In this document: one piece after another, positions 9,301 to 19,326 of the stretch
Numbering within the stretch: position 1 is the stretch's first letter
How the letters are laid out: each line of letters opens with the position of its first letter
Source: Candidatus Tayloriibacteriota bacterium
Lineage (GTDB): Bacteria > Patescibacteriota > Minisyncoccia > Phycocordibacterales > CAIRYW01
Length of the DNA stretch: 64,000 bases
NCBI GenBank assembly: GCA_028286725.1
Contig: JAQBQZ010000009.1
Location: forward strand, 1,408-65,407
Direction of reading: 5' to 3'
Notes under the pieces: model-generated
The model's input: the letters and a program-made list of their open reading frames with translations, nothing else
Told to the model about the DNA's origin: nothing
Database searches by the model: none
Translations under genes and position numbers: made by a program

Positions 9301-10430
9301 CCTGAAACAGTTGCGCTGTCTAATGGTGCTGTGATTGATACAACAGGTGCTGTCGTGTCAATAAAGTTATTTGAATCACCCACAGTCCCCGATGCTCCGG
9401 CTCCACCATTTGCACCATTTGTGCCCGATACTCCGTCTGTCCCGTCCGCACCACTTGCACCAGAATTTCCACAAACAACATTCTCTGGATCATTCGTATC
9501 GCAACAAGGAGTGCCTCCGGATCCTCCACCCCCGTGGGCACCACCAGCTCCACCGGTACCACCCGAAGCTCCACTACCAGCACTACCAGCCTCAAAATGA
9601 CTCATTCCAAAACTTGAACCATAATTTGTGCCTTGGGATAGATAAAAGTGCCCCCCATTACCAGCATTGCCTCCATTTCCTCCAGCACCACCATCTTGAC
9701 CATTACTACCGTTGCCACCAGAGTTTCCAGCACCCCCGTCACCGACAGTATTTCCTGACAGACAGCTATCTCCACCACTACCATTTTGACCATTAGTTCC
9801 TGCATCACCGTATCCACCTTGAGCACCATCTCCACCATTACCACCAGTAAGATAAATACCTACACCTAGAGCATCTGTGTGTATGAGTCTGATACTCCCC
9901 CCATTTCCTCCGTTACCTCCCGAACCTCCTGCCACACCAAGACCTGAAGAAGCTGCACCATTTGCACCGGAACCTCCACTTGCTTCAATATTATCATTCA
10001 CTGCTGAATTTTGTATTACAATATCACCACCGTCGGTACCATTTACACCGGGACTCGATGAAGTAAATCCATCAGATTCTATTGGACCATATACTAATGC
10101 ATTTTTTAGGGTAAAAGAATGTCCTCGCTCACCTTCGCTTTGTCCACCCGCATGAATACTTCCAGTAATTGAGTATCCTGCAGCATCTATAATAATTCCA
10201 TCTGCAGTTATAAGTAAACAAGTTCCTGCAGTACCAATATTTTGAGTAAGGACATATGTCGCGTTTGGAGTATTGAGAGTCAGACATGAACCAATACTAA
10301 TTGCATCTGCATCCGTAGTTTTTGGCAATATCAAAACCCCTCCAACAGAAAGGAGAGTAATCATAAAAATCATTACAGGAGAAGTGAAACTGTATATACG
10401 AGTGAGCGTTCGTGATTTATAGATCGACAT
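6399..10430 (-). CDS. large cell-surface protein: Gly-rich region, Ig-like (Big) repeats, FN3, C-terminal peptidoglycan-binding domain
   Basis: Signal-like N-terminus (probable start MSIYKS); GGxGG tracts; four SDTG..DNIT Big-type repeats; LQIFLN..FGPATK..FQ..GYFGPVT PG-binding motif. Confidence 0.85.
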   Translation of the reverse strand: MSIYKSRTLTRIYSFTSPVMIFMITLLSVGGVLILPKTTDADAISIGSCLTLNTPNATYVLTQNIGTAGTCLLITADGIIIDAAGYSITGSIHAGGQSEGERGHSFTLKNALVYGPIESDGFTSSSPGVNGTDGGDIVIQNSAVNDNIEASGGSGANGAASSGLGVAGGSGGNGGNGGSIRLIHTDALGVGIYLTGGNGGDGAQGGYGDAGTNGQNGSGGDSCLSGNTVGDGGAGNSGGNGSNGQDGGAGGNGGNAGNGGHFYLSQGTNYGSSFGMSHFEAGSAGSGASGGTGGAGGAHGGGGSGGTPCCDTNDPENVVCGNSGASGADGTDGVSGTNGANGGAGASGTVGDSNNFIDTTAPVVSITAPLDSATVSGSVDIAADASDDSATVAGLQFMISVDGGNSYSNLGSEITSSPYTISWSSGDYADGVYYLKAVARDDAGNLGENALSVTVSNTTTHPGCTDLYAINYDPSATDDDGSCLYLPTTPGTPTLTDESDTGILGDNITSSSTPTVTVSCVSDDSVTLYADGSLLVTQTCVDSIATFHPLLVSDGNYSLTAIQSNANGDSVESEALNLTIDAHTPDTPDTAPDLYVGSDTGLSDTDNITNFGSLTFEGPCTDGDIITLYNDGVVTGSPQTCAGSLFSIISDATADGVNLFKYKASTVAGKSSGFSPALSVTVDTTSPNTPSIPDLAPGSDTGVSNTDNITSNTNPTLTVSCDEAGDTVSMYDSGTGLDTSTCDGSSAVFNLSFAEGAHYLTAQQSDLAGNSSALSDSMTLTIQTTPLFVTNVTSNTPDGTYKTGDAINIQVQFNGNVILTGDSVLRFDGAQNVYASSGSITNILSYLYIVQPGYSSSDFDYDTTESLSGNIKDEAGNDVTLTLPAPGDEGSLSYNKDLVIDGVAPSTPSSAPNLDSSSDTGISSTDNITSDTTPTFTGTCTDIQVNLYVDETLNNYIGCNAGNFTITSTTLSDGVHTVTYKEVDSVGNESGASPALTVTIDTTSPQISSIASSTTTTTANISWSTPDESSNSKVSYGTVSGTYISEVNDASFNTSHSIDLSGLSSNTQYYFVAVSTDTAGSISTSTEQTFTTTASGTPDTTPPQISSATVSGNKLVVTLNEPILSNSPSLYNYLIGINTGGEYPQAVSPVVSGNTITFTLNESVISSDIITLNYANANDPHTKDLAGNDLQPVSGVTVTNTTPVPSSGGGTYNSNFTNILSSGGGSPVPNILILQTPTATSTPTVTPPSTPATNPLSSTFTFTKTAILGNTSPEIKNLQIFLNAQGYIVAKTGAGSPGKETTKFGPATKVALIKFQKDHHIKPASGYFGPVTKTFINAMLKGK

Positions 10431-10518
10431 ATGAACATTATAACTCAAAAATATTGACATGTAACGAAAAAGTGCCGTAGCCTTTGGCTACGGCACTTTT
10501 TTGTTTTTTCTTCTCGTA

Positions 10519-13500
10519 TTATTTTTGACTCGCTTTCAACATTGCATTTATGTATGACCTAGTGACGAGGCCGAAGTATCCAGCCGGAGGATTTATCCTG
10601 TGAGATTTTTGGAATTTTGCAAGCGCGGCTTTTGTCGCAGCACCAAATTTATTTGTTTCCTTTCCTTTTGATCCTGCTCCAGTTTTTGCGATAGTATATC
10701 CAGTTGCATTGAGGAATCTCTGAAGAGCCAGTACTTCTGTATTCGTATCCCCGAACTGTAATACTTTTGTGAAGGTAAAGCGAGATGCTTTGAGATTAAG
10801 AAGTGTTTTTGCAGGAGTTGTAGTAGTTGCCGCTGCTGTTGTTGCCACAGCTACACTTTGTGAATTATTCGCTTGCATAGTAAGGAAGTTAAATACTCCT
10901 CCACCTCCGCCGCCAGTTGAAATAATTGGTGTGTATGCAGTTCCGAAGATTGCAAAGTCTGAGAAGTTTGAAGTCTCGCAAGTAACCGTTCGCGCACCTG
11001 TATTTACAGAACAACTGGAAAGCGGATACCACGCAGATCCATCATATCTGTAGATTGAGAGTGTTGAAGGATTGATATTTATAATATCGCTTGGAGAATA
11101 TGAAAGCGTCACAGTGATTGGATGATCGAATGTTGAAATAACATCAGTATCGTTCACAAGCGCCTTGAGGTTGTAAACTGTTCCAACAAAATTCTGACCG
11201 CTCGGAGTTCCTGCACTTCCCACAAAACTTAATGTGTTTAATTTCTTTATTTGGAATGTTGCAGACGTTGTTGCGGATGTGAAATTATTTGGAACACTAA
11301 TATTCATGCTATCAACACTGAAGCTACCGCCTGATCCAACATTAATAGAATTAGAATCACTTGCGACCACAGCCGCGTTGCCCGTACATCCAGTCGTTGT
11401 GAAGGTACTGTCATTCGACTCCCCAGTGTGCGACAACTCATCAGTTGAAGCTACTTTATAATGGTAGATACTACAAGCGACTAATCCTGAAATATTTATA
11501 CTGTGACTTGTCACACGAGTTACTACATCTGTTTCTGCTGTTGTTCGAGAATAATTATAAGTTGGTCCGAAAGAAACTTGGGATGACGCATCGACGTTTG
11601 TTGTCCAACTGATTGTTGCAGCATTGCTTGCTGGAGTTGCCGATAGTCCACTTATTTGTGGTACAGAAACACCGTTACCATTTCCAATGAGTGTGACACA
11701 ACTTCCATCATCTACATTTGCAGACGGATCGTATTCTTCATAACCAGCGTCTGTACAGCCAAGTACATCATATGTACAAGAACTATCATCAACGTTTGCA
11801 GATGAATTGTAGTTTCTTGCAGAAGGGTCTGTGCAACCAGGAACCTTTGGTGTCACGCAACTTCCATCATCAGTATTAGCGGCCCCACTGTACTCCAGAT
11901 ACGCTTCATTCATACACCCAAGAATCACAAGAGTTGAACAACTTCCATCATCAACAGTCGCCGCTGAATTATATTCAGTGTAACCAGAATCTGTACAACC
12001 TAGAATATCTGGGGGGATATAATTGAACGTTTGCTGTGTCGTCTGTGGTGTTCCAGATTCAAAATCTGGCGAAGAAGATCTAAGATAGATAGTTACTGCA
12101 CCGTTTGAATCTGGCTGTGGTATATCACTACCATTAACCGCACAATTTGCAGAATGCCAAGTGTTATTATCGTAACTATACTCACAAGTATCTGGAGAGA
12201 AATTACCCCAATTTACTGTTGCCCCCGTCCAATTAACTATATTTTGATTGTGAGTCGGAGCAGTAATATCCATATAAACACAGAATCCATCATCTATATT
12301 TGCACTAGAGTTATAATTTATCGCCACAGGATCAGTACATCCATACACATCATAAGTACAAGAGCCGTCGTCTGTTGTTGCTGATGGGTTGTAATTATTG
12401 GCAAAACTATCAGTACAACCAGAAACTACGAACTCACAAGAAGCATCGTCAGTATTTGCAGATGAATCATAGTTGTTTGCAGAAGAATCAGTACAACCAA
12501 ATACTTTTAATGTCAAACAAGTTGCATTATCTATTGTTGCTGCAGCATTATATTCAACATATGAACTATCAGTACAACCAGAAATATCATAAGTACAAGA
12601 AGCATCATTCGTATTAGCCATATTATTGTAATTGTTTGCAGTTGAATCTGTGCAACCTAAAATATACCCAAGATAATCCACATTACCGGACACTGTCCCT
12701 CCTATAGGATTTGGTGTGGGATAGTAGACATTAACATTTCCATTAATATCACCATGATTTTGAGCAGAATTATTAAACTCTACAACCGATGCGGTCACTG
12801 ATCCTAAATTTTGACTGTCGTCATTGAATATTACAGAGTTTGTCGCAATAATACTTACTCTAATGACCGCCCCATTTGAGAATGTAGCTTGATTCACAGT
12901 TGGTGTTGCCCCGCTATTAGAATTTACGGCCGCAGATATGTAGACTGTGCTTGAATTGTTTGGCAAGACCGTCGCAGGAATAACAAAACTTGCATCTCCC
13001 CACCAGTTACCTAGATTATTCCAATCGTTATCCACCGCTCCATTAAAATACAACCCAACAACATCGTAAGTACAGGAACCATCATCTGTATTTGCGGAAG
13101 AGTTATAGTTATTTGCGGTACCGTCTATACAACCAAAAGCCACTGCGACACAAGAACCGTCATCTCTATTGGCAAGTGCATCGTAGTTGAATGCGGTCGA
13201 ATCTGTACATCCCATATTATACAGACAGCTTCCATCATCTATGGTTGCAGCAGGATCGTAGCTAGTAGAAACCGGATCAGTACATCCTAGAACATCGTTT
13301 GAACATGACCCATCGTCAACAGTTGCACTTGAATTATAATTTAAGTAAGCAGAATCAGTACACCCGAGCACATCATAAGTACATGATCCATCATCTACAG
13401 TAGCAGTAGAATCGTAATTACTTGCAGAGCTATCGGTACAGCCAGAAATATCATATGTAAAATTTACACTCGCGCTTGTTTTGTTAAAAGCACCTGCGAA

Positions 13501-16500
13501 TGATTGATCTGTTGATCTTATATAAAGAGTGATATTGCCGGTCGTGTCTGGCGCTCCAATATCGGATCCCCCCAAACTACAGTCTGTTGCAATCCAGCTT
13601 GAATTGTCATAACTGTAAGCGCATTCAGTAGGCCCATAAATACCCCAGTCTACAATTGCACCTGCCCAAGTTGCGGACGTAAGGGCATAATCAGTTACAG
13701 GTTGAGTTATATTTACAAAATAGCAAGATCCGTCATCTATATTTGCAGCTCCGTTGTAGTTTAATGCACGCCCATCTGTACATCCAGAAACATCATAAGT
13801 ACAAGAACCATCATCTGTATTTGCAGAAGAATCATAGTTGTTTGCAGAAGAATCCATACATCCCAAAACAACAGCCACACATGATCCATCATCTACATTC
13901 GCAGCAGAGTTGTAATTAAATGCTGAAGGATCTGTACAGCCAAGTACATCATAAGTACAAGAACCATCATCAGAGTTTGCAGAAGAGTTGTAATTATTAG
14001 CAGTAGTATCTGTACAGCCAGATGTTCCCTGACAACTATAATCGCAGCCTGAATCCACATTTGCACTTGGGTCATAATTACAAGCATTAGAATCTGTACA
14101 TCCGACTACATCATATGAACACGATGCATCATCTACAGTAGCGCTCGGATCATAGTTAGTAGCGGCACTATCAGTACATCCGTAAACAGGTGAGTAAGAG
14201 AAATTAACCTGCGCAAAGTAATTATTTGAGGCTCTTATATAGAGAGTATTAGATCCTATTTGAGGCTCAACAAAATCAGATCCATTAGAACCACAATTCG
14301 ATGTATACCAACTTGTATTATCATAACTATATTCACATACACCAGGTCCACCAGATACATATACACCCCAATTAACTGTTGCGCCGCCTCCCCAAGTGCT
14401 CATTATAGTATCACCCTCTAATGGATTATTGATTTGAACACGGTAACAACTTCCATCATCATTATTTGCAGAAGAGTTGTAGTTTATTGCATTACCATCT
14501 GTACACCCTGATACAGTATATGTACAAGAACCGTCGTCAGAGTTTGCCGAAGAATTGTAGTTGTTTGCCATATTGTCTGTACATCCTGTAACGGTGTAAG
14601 TACAAGAACCGTCGTCGGTATTTGCTGAAGAATTATAGTTATTGGCAGACGGATCAGTACAACCAGAGACATTATAGGTACATGATCCGTTGTCATGCGT
14701 AGCATTTGAATCATAATTGCTTGCAGATGAATCCATACAGCCTTCATTATATGTACAACCACCACTGTCTACGTTTGCTGATATATTATAATTGTTGGCT
14801 TGGTTGTCAGTACATCCAGAAATATTAAAATCACAACTTCCATCATCGTAGTTTGCTGATGAGTTGTAATTATTTGCACCTTGAGTAGTGCATCCATAAA
14901 AGAGGCATGAACCATCATCAGAGTTTGCAGATGGATTATAATTATTCGCACTCGAATTCGTACATCCAGGAACAGTATACGCACAACTTCCGTCGTTATA
15001 ATTTGCTCCCGAATTGTAATTGTTTGCAGTGGTGTCAGTACATCCATAGAAGAGACAAGACCCGTCATCTGTATTTGCAGATGAATTGTAGTTATTAGCA
15101 CTTCCATTCATACATCCATTAACAGTATATGTACAAGAACCATCATCAGTATTCGCTGATGCGTTGTAGTTATTAGCACTTCCATTTGTACAACCAAATG
15201 ATTTTGCTACGCAAGAACCGTCATCATTAGTTGCAGATGAATTATAATTATACGCGTTAGAATCTGTACAACCATTTACGTTATGGCAACTGTAATCACA
15301 ACTACCAGAAGATCCGTAATTACATGCTGTACCGTCAGTACATGTAGTATTATTTTGGCAACTGTAGTCACAGCCTGAATTTATATTTGCACTCGAATTA
15401 TAATTACATGCACCAGAATCCATACAACCGTAAGTATCATAAGTACAAGAACCATCACTTATGGTCGCGGATGAATTATAGTTGTTTGCAGAATTATCTG
15501 TACACCCATATGTATCATAAGTACAAGAACCGTCGTCTTGAGTTGCTCCCGAGTTGTAGTTGTTTGCAGAACCTGTTGTACAGCCATATATAGTATTAGA
15601 AACATTTACACTTATAGCATCAGAAACTGATGAATTCCCTGCAACATCTCTTGCCACCACATCTATATAATAGACTCCATTTGAGACAGTAGTAGAATCC
15701 CAATTCAAATCGTAAGGTTCAGAAGTTATCTCTGAGCCTAAATCACTAAAATTACTGCCATCTGTACTCACTCGAAATTGTACACCTGCAATAATTCCAT
15801 TATCGGTCACATCTGCACTCAGATATACCGAAGATCCGTTCACACCCGAACCATTTGTTGGAGACGAAATAGTGGCACTTGGAGCAGACATATCTGTCGG
15901 TTGATAAAATGTTCCATCTGTACCATAGGATCCTGATGATCCCGTACCACCTGTCGATCCTGGATTACCAGGAGTTCCCGATGATCCATTCTGACCAGTT
16001 GCACCTTGAGCACCATCAATTCCACAGACAACATTTTCAGGATCACTATAATCACATCCATGTACACCCCCTCGTCCACCTTGTCCGCCTGGACCACCAT
16101 TAGCACTTCCTCCAGCGCCTCCTTGTCCACCTGCTCCTGGAGCACCTGCGTAACCTCCAGTTAAATTTTGACCGCCGATAGTTGAACCTTCATCAAGATT
16201 AATATTTCCTGAGTTTCCTCCAGCTCCGCCATTGCCTCCATTACCACCTGCTCCTCCATCACCAGCAGGGCTTCCACTAGTACCGTCTTGCCCAGGACTT
16301 CCATCACCACCATTACAATTTGTATTTGGATCACAATCAGTTCCAGGAGCTCCATCGCTACCCGCCACCCCATCTGCACTTGTCGCATCAGAACCATTTG
16401 CCCCCATTCCACCATTTCCTCCCGCACCCCCATATGTAGAAACGGTACCTGTAACTTTTGAATGATTTGCCAAAGTAACATTACCTCCATTTCCTCCGTA

Positions 16501-17001
16501 ATCTCCGGAAGCACCGTCGCCACTTGTTGCATTAGGTGCTGATGAACCAGTACCACCAGTAGCCACGATATTTCCATTAACTGTAGTATTCGAAATAGAG
16601 ACACTGCCAGCAGATCCCGCTCGAGTCGCTATGCCATCTGCACCACTCGCAATAATATCTCCGTTCAACGTAAGATTCGTTATTTGAACAGCGAGACCAT
16701 CGTCTCCATCACCCCTTAACACCCCTGAAGCATTTATATTTCCAGTTATTGTATGCCCCCCGCCATTTATAGTTATTCCAGAAGCAGTAATAATAAGACA
16801 ATCACCTCCGCCTCCAAAATCGCCAGTTATTTCATATGTTTCATTTGGCGTAGCAAGAGACTGACAGCCTCCAACAGTCGTATCTGCAAAAGTAGATTTC
16901 GGAAAAAGAAATGCCCCACCTAGAGAGAGAAAAGTGACAAGAAATATAAGCAAGGGCGAAGTAAAACTATATATTTTTTTGATCGTCCGTGACTTATACA
17001 T
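10519..17001 (-). CDS. 2160-aa cell-surface protein with about 35 GCTDxxAxNYxxxAxxDDGSC repeats and C-terminal peptidoglycan-binding domain
   Basis: Paralogous N- and C-termini to 6399-10430; repeats counted in the translation; FN3 and PG-binding motif at the C-terminus. Confidence 0.88.
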   Translation of the reverse strand: MYKSRTIKKIYSFTSPLLIFLVTFLSLGGAFLFPKSTFADTTVGGCQSLATPNETYEITGDFGGGGDCLIITASGITINGGGHTITGNINASGVLRGDGDDGLAVQITNLTLNGDIIASGADGIATRAGSAGSVSISNTTVNGNIVATGGTGSSAPNATSGDGASGDYGGNGGNVTLANHSKVTGTVSTYGGAGGNGGMGANGSDATSADGVAGSDGAPGTDCDPNTNCNGGDGSPGQDGTSGSPAGDGGAGGNGGNGGAGGNSGNINLDEGSTIGGQNLTGGYAGAPGAGGQGGAGGSANGGPGGQGGRGGVHGCDYSDPENVVCGIDGAQGATGQNGSSGTPGNPGSTGGTGSSGSYGTDGTFYQPTDMSAPSATISSPTNGSGVNGSSVYLSADVTDNGIIAGVQFRVSTDGSNFSDLGSEITSEPYDLNWDSTTVSNGVYYIDVVARDVAGNSSVSDAISVNVSNTIYGCTTGSANNYNSGATQDDGSCTYDTYGCTDNSANNYNSSATISDGSCTYDTYGCMDSGACNYNSSANINSGCDYSCQNNTTCTDGTACNYGSSGSCDYSCHNVNGCTDSNAYNYNSSATNDDGSCVAKSFGCTNGSANNYNASANTDDGSCTYTVNGCMNGSANNYNSSANTDDGSCLFYGCTDTTANNYNSGANYNDGSCAYTVPGCTNSSANNYNPSANSDDGSCLFYGCTTQGANNYNSSANYDDGSCDFNISGCTDNQANNYNISANVDSGGCTYNEGCMDSSASNYDSNATHDNGSCTYNVSGCTDPSANNYNSSANTDDGSCTYTVTGCTDNMANNYNSSANSDDGSCTYTVSGCTDGNAINYNSSANNDDGSCYRVQINNPLEGDTIMSTWGGGATVNWGVYVSGGPGVCEYSYDNTSWYTSNCGSNGSDFVEPQIGSNTLYIRASNNYFAQVNFSYSPVYGCTDSAATNYDPSATVDDASCSYDVVGCTDSNACNYDPSANVDSGCDYSCQGTSGCTDTTANNYNSSANSDDGSCTYDVLGCTDPSAFNYNSAANVDDGSCVAVVLGCMDSSANNYDSSANTDDGSCTYDVSGCTDGRALNYNGAANIDDGSCYFVNITQPVTDYALTSATWAGAIVDWGIYGPTECAYSYDNSSWIATDCSLGGSDIGAPDTTGNITLYIRSTDQSFAGAFNKTSASVNFTYDISGCTDSSASNYDSTATVDDGSCTYDVLGCTDSAYLNYNSSATVDDGSCSNDVLGCTDPVSTSYDPAATIDDGSCLYNMGCTDSTAFNYDALANRDDGSCVAVAFGCIDGTANNYNSSANTDDGSCTYDVVGLYFNGAVDNDWNNLGNWWGDASFVIPATVLPNNSSTVYISAAVNSNSGATPTVNQATFSNGAVIRVSIIATNSVIFNDDSQNLGSVTASVVEFNNSAQNHGDINGNVNVYYPTPNPIGGTVSGNVDYLGYILGCTDSTANNYNNMANTNDASCTYDISGCTDSSYVEYNAAATIDNATCLTLKVFGCTDSSANNYDSSANTDDASCEFVVSGCTDSFANNYNPSATTDDGSCTYDVYGCTDPVAINYNSSANIDDGFCVYMDITAPTHNQNIVNWTGATVNWGNFSPDTCEYSYDNNTWHSANCAVNGSDIPQPDSNGAVTIYLRSSSPDFESGTPQTTQQTFNYIPPDILGCTDSGYTEYNSAATVDDGSCSTLVILGCMNEAYLEYSGAANTDDGSCVTPKVPGCTDPSARNYNSSANVDDSSCTYDVLGCTDAGYEEYDPSANVDDGSCVTLIGNGNGVSVPQISGLSATPASNAATISWTTNVDASSQVSFGPTYNYSRTTAETDVVTRVTSHSINISGLVACSIYHYKVASTDELSHTGESNDSTFTTTGCTGNAAVVASDSNSINVGSGGSFSVDSMNISVPNNFTSATTSATFQIKKLNTLSFVGSAGTPSGQNFVGTVYNLKALVNDTDVISTFDHPITVTLSYSPSDIININPSTLSIYRYDGSAWYPLSSCSVNTGARTVTCETSNFSDFAIFGTAYTPIISTGGGGGGVFNFLTMQANNSQSVAVATTAAATTTTPAKTLLNLKASRFTFTKVLQFGDTNTEVLALQRFLNATGYTIAKTGAGSKGKETNKFGAATKAALAKFQKSHRINPPAGYFGLVTRSYINAMLKASQK

Positions 17002-17085
17002 ATAATTAGTACTATTGTACCTTAAAAAGACAGATTTCTTAAGTGGATAACCGAAATAAGAATGGAAATATGTCAGACCGATCTT

Positions 17086-17904
17086 CTAGAGTGTCTCGCG
17101 AGCTTTCCAAAAAGCTTTTTTACCGTATCGAAGGTCAATATAATCTATTTTGTCGATTCCTCCAGACTTATCTAAAAAATCTTTAGATTCGAGCAGAGTT
17201 TTTATATTTATATAAGTATCACTCAAACTCCTATCAATACCGACGATTAATTTTGTTCCTGAGCTCAAAGTAAGCGTCACCCCTTCTTCTGTTTTGACAT
17301 CAACCGATCTCACTTCAATGCCGAGCTCTTTTAATTTGGAATTGAAATCCAGGATATTTTTCATTTTTTCTTCTGTCAGAAAATATTTGCCGAGCACATC
17401 ACCATTCATCTGTCCGCTAAAAGTTGTAAAAATATTTCCTTCGTATTTTGGAGCACTCGCAAATATGTATCCAGTTTCTGTCATATAAAAACAATCACCG
17501 TTGTCATTGCACCAGAGGAACTTATTGTTTTTCTCTCTCACATCGATATGCAAAGTATCAGATTTGTCCAAATAAATACTTGCCCCCAATATTGATGGCA
17601 GTGTTTTTATTTGAACGAGCATTTTTTGTTTTGGATAGAGCCAGATATTTGATTGTGGAACAATATAAAAATAAGTATACGAAAGATATTCATCTGCAAT
17701 AGCTTTGATATCTTGTTCAGGAGTGAGTACAGCATTCTCAACAACAATATTTTCAATCTGATATTCTGGAAGTCTCAAAATATAAATAACACCAACAATA
17801 CAGAAGATAATCAAAACGAGATAAAGCCAGTATCTTTTTGGAATTTTGAATTCTTTTTTATCCTTATCTGGTTTTGTGTGCCATTTTTTCTTTTGGGAAA
17901 ACAT
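17086..17904 (-). CDS. ftsQ: cell division protein FtsQ/DivIB-like
   Basis: Single TM, POTRA-like IENIVVEN region, C-terminal IDYIDLRY. Confidence 0.75.
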   Translation of the reverse strand: MFSQKKKWHTKPDKDKKEFKIPKRYWLYLVLIIFCIVGVIYILRLPEYQIENIVVENAVLTPEQDIKAIADEYLSYTYFYIVPQSNIWLYPKQKMLVQIKTLPSILGASIYLDKSDTLHIDVREKNNKFLWCNDNGDCFYMTETGYIFASAPKYEGNIFTTFSGQMNGDVLGKYFLTEEKMKNILDFNSKLKELGIEVRSVDVKTEEGVTLTLSSGTKLIVGIDRSLSDTYINIKTLLESKDFLDKSGGIDKIDYIDLRYGKKAFWKARETL

Positions 17905-17979
17905 ATAGAGTAGTATAAAGGATTATTCACAAATATAAAATGCACCGCCCCGAAGGGGCGGTGCATTTTATTTAAAAAT

Positions 17980-19272
17980 TTAAACCAGTGTTGGAAGTTT
18001 CTCAATATGAGTTTTTCCTAACATATATTTCTTCAAGACTTCTGGAATTCGCACTCGCCCATCTTCTTCTTGATAATTTTCTATTATTGCAACAAGTGTT
18101 CGTCCAGCAGAAGCGGTCGCATCATTCATATGCACAGGTTCAATCTTTTGATCAGTCCGTCTTACTCGTGTCCCAAGTCTTCGAGCCTGATATCCTGTCA
18201 TATTGTCAGCACTATGTGTCTCTCGATATTTGTCCTGTCCTGGCATCCATGTCTCAATATCTAAGTGTCGGTAATCAGGATCACCCATATCTCCCGTACA
18301 ACAAATGATAACTTGATAAGGAAGATTCAAAGACTTAGTGATGTGTTCCTGGATCGCAACAAGAAAATCTTGTTCTTGCATTGATGTTTCAGGAAGACAG
18401 AATGTTTCCATCTCCACTTTCTCAAACTGATGAAGCCTGATGATACCTTTCATATCCCTTCCATAAGATCCCGCCTCTCGTCTAAATGAAGATGAGTAAC
18501 CAACATATCGTATCGGCAATTCTTTTTCGTCAAACACTTCATCCATATGCATTGCACCGAGAGTATGTTCTGCACTTCCAATGAGATATAAATCATCAGA
18601 GTCGATATGATACCTTTCCTCACGAGGTTCAAGTCGTGCCATTTTATTCATGACATTAGGCTTGATCATAAGTGGAGGAATAACAGGAATGAATGGTTTC
18701 GGATTTATTGTGAGTCCAGCCTCTTTAGCGATCTGCTCCAAAGTTGCCTTATTGGTTAAAGTTTCCAAAATAAAATTAATGAGAGCGAAATGCATAAGCA
18801 CCAAGTCTCCCTTGAGATATGAAAATCTTGGACCAGAAACTTCTGTTGCAGTTTCTGTATCGATCACTCCCAAGTCCGCACCAATCTCATAATGCTCTCG
18901 AGGTTTGAATGAGAACGTTGGCTTCACTCCCCACTGTCTCACTACTTTATTTTCAGAATCATCTTTTCCAATTGGAGTATCCGCAGATGGAATGTTTGGA
19001 ACTTGGAGCATTGCTGTAAGAAACTGCTTATCAGCTTCTTTGTATTTTGTTTCCACTTCTTCAAGGAGCCCCTTAAGCTTTTGACCCTCTTCAATATTTC
19101 GATCCTTTTGAGCAACATTTCGCTTTGTATTGATCTCATCGATCTCACGCTTCAAAGTAGTTCGAGTATCGTACGCAGAAATAAGAGACTCAAGATCAAT
19201 CACCTTGTTCTTGTTTTTACAGGCGTTCTCTACAATGTCTTTATTTTCCTTTATGAATTTTATATCTAACAT
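17980..19272 (-). CDS. serS: serine--tRNA ligase
   Basis: MLDIKFI start, PNIPS, FRREAGSYG, RLHQFEKVE, ENYQ. Confidence 0.97.
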   Translation of the reverse strand: MLDIKFIKENKDIVENACKNKNKVIDLESLISAYDTRTTLKREIDEINTKRNVAQKDRNIEEGQKLKGLLEEVETKYKEADKQFLTAMLQVPNIPSADTPIGKDDSENKVVRQWGVKPTFSFKPREHYEIGADLGVIDTETATEVSGPRFSYLKGDLVLMHFALINFILETLTNKATLEQIAKEAGLTINPKPFIPVIPPLMIKPNVMNKMARLEPREERYHIDSDDLYLIGSAEHTLGAMHMDEVFDEKELPIRYVGYSSSFRREAGSYGRDMKGIIRLHQFEKVEMETFCLPETSMQEQDFLVAIQEHITKSLNLPYQVIICCTGDMGDPDYRHLDIETWMPGQDKYRETHSADNMTGYQARRLGTRVRRTDQKIEPVHMNDATASAGRTLVAIIENYQEEDGRVRIPEVLKKYMLGKTHIEKLPTLV

Positions 19273-19326
19273 AATGCCCATAATAGCATTTTGTTTTTAA
19301 TTACAAAAGAGCTACAATTTATACAA

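Noticed and set aside
11690-15590. CRISPR-like or DGR-like periodicity
   Set aside because: The 72-81 bp periodicity is the coding GCTD repeat with synonymous divergence; no spacers, cas genes or reverse transcriptase in the window
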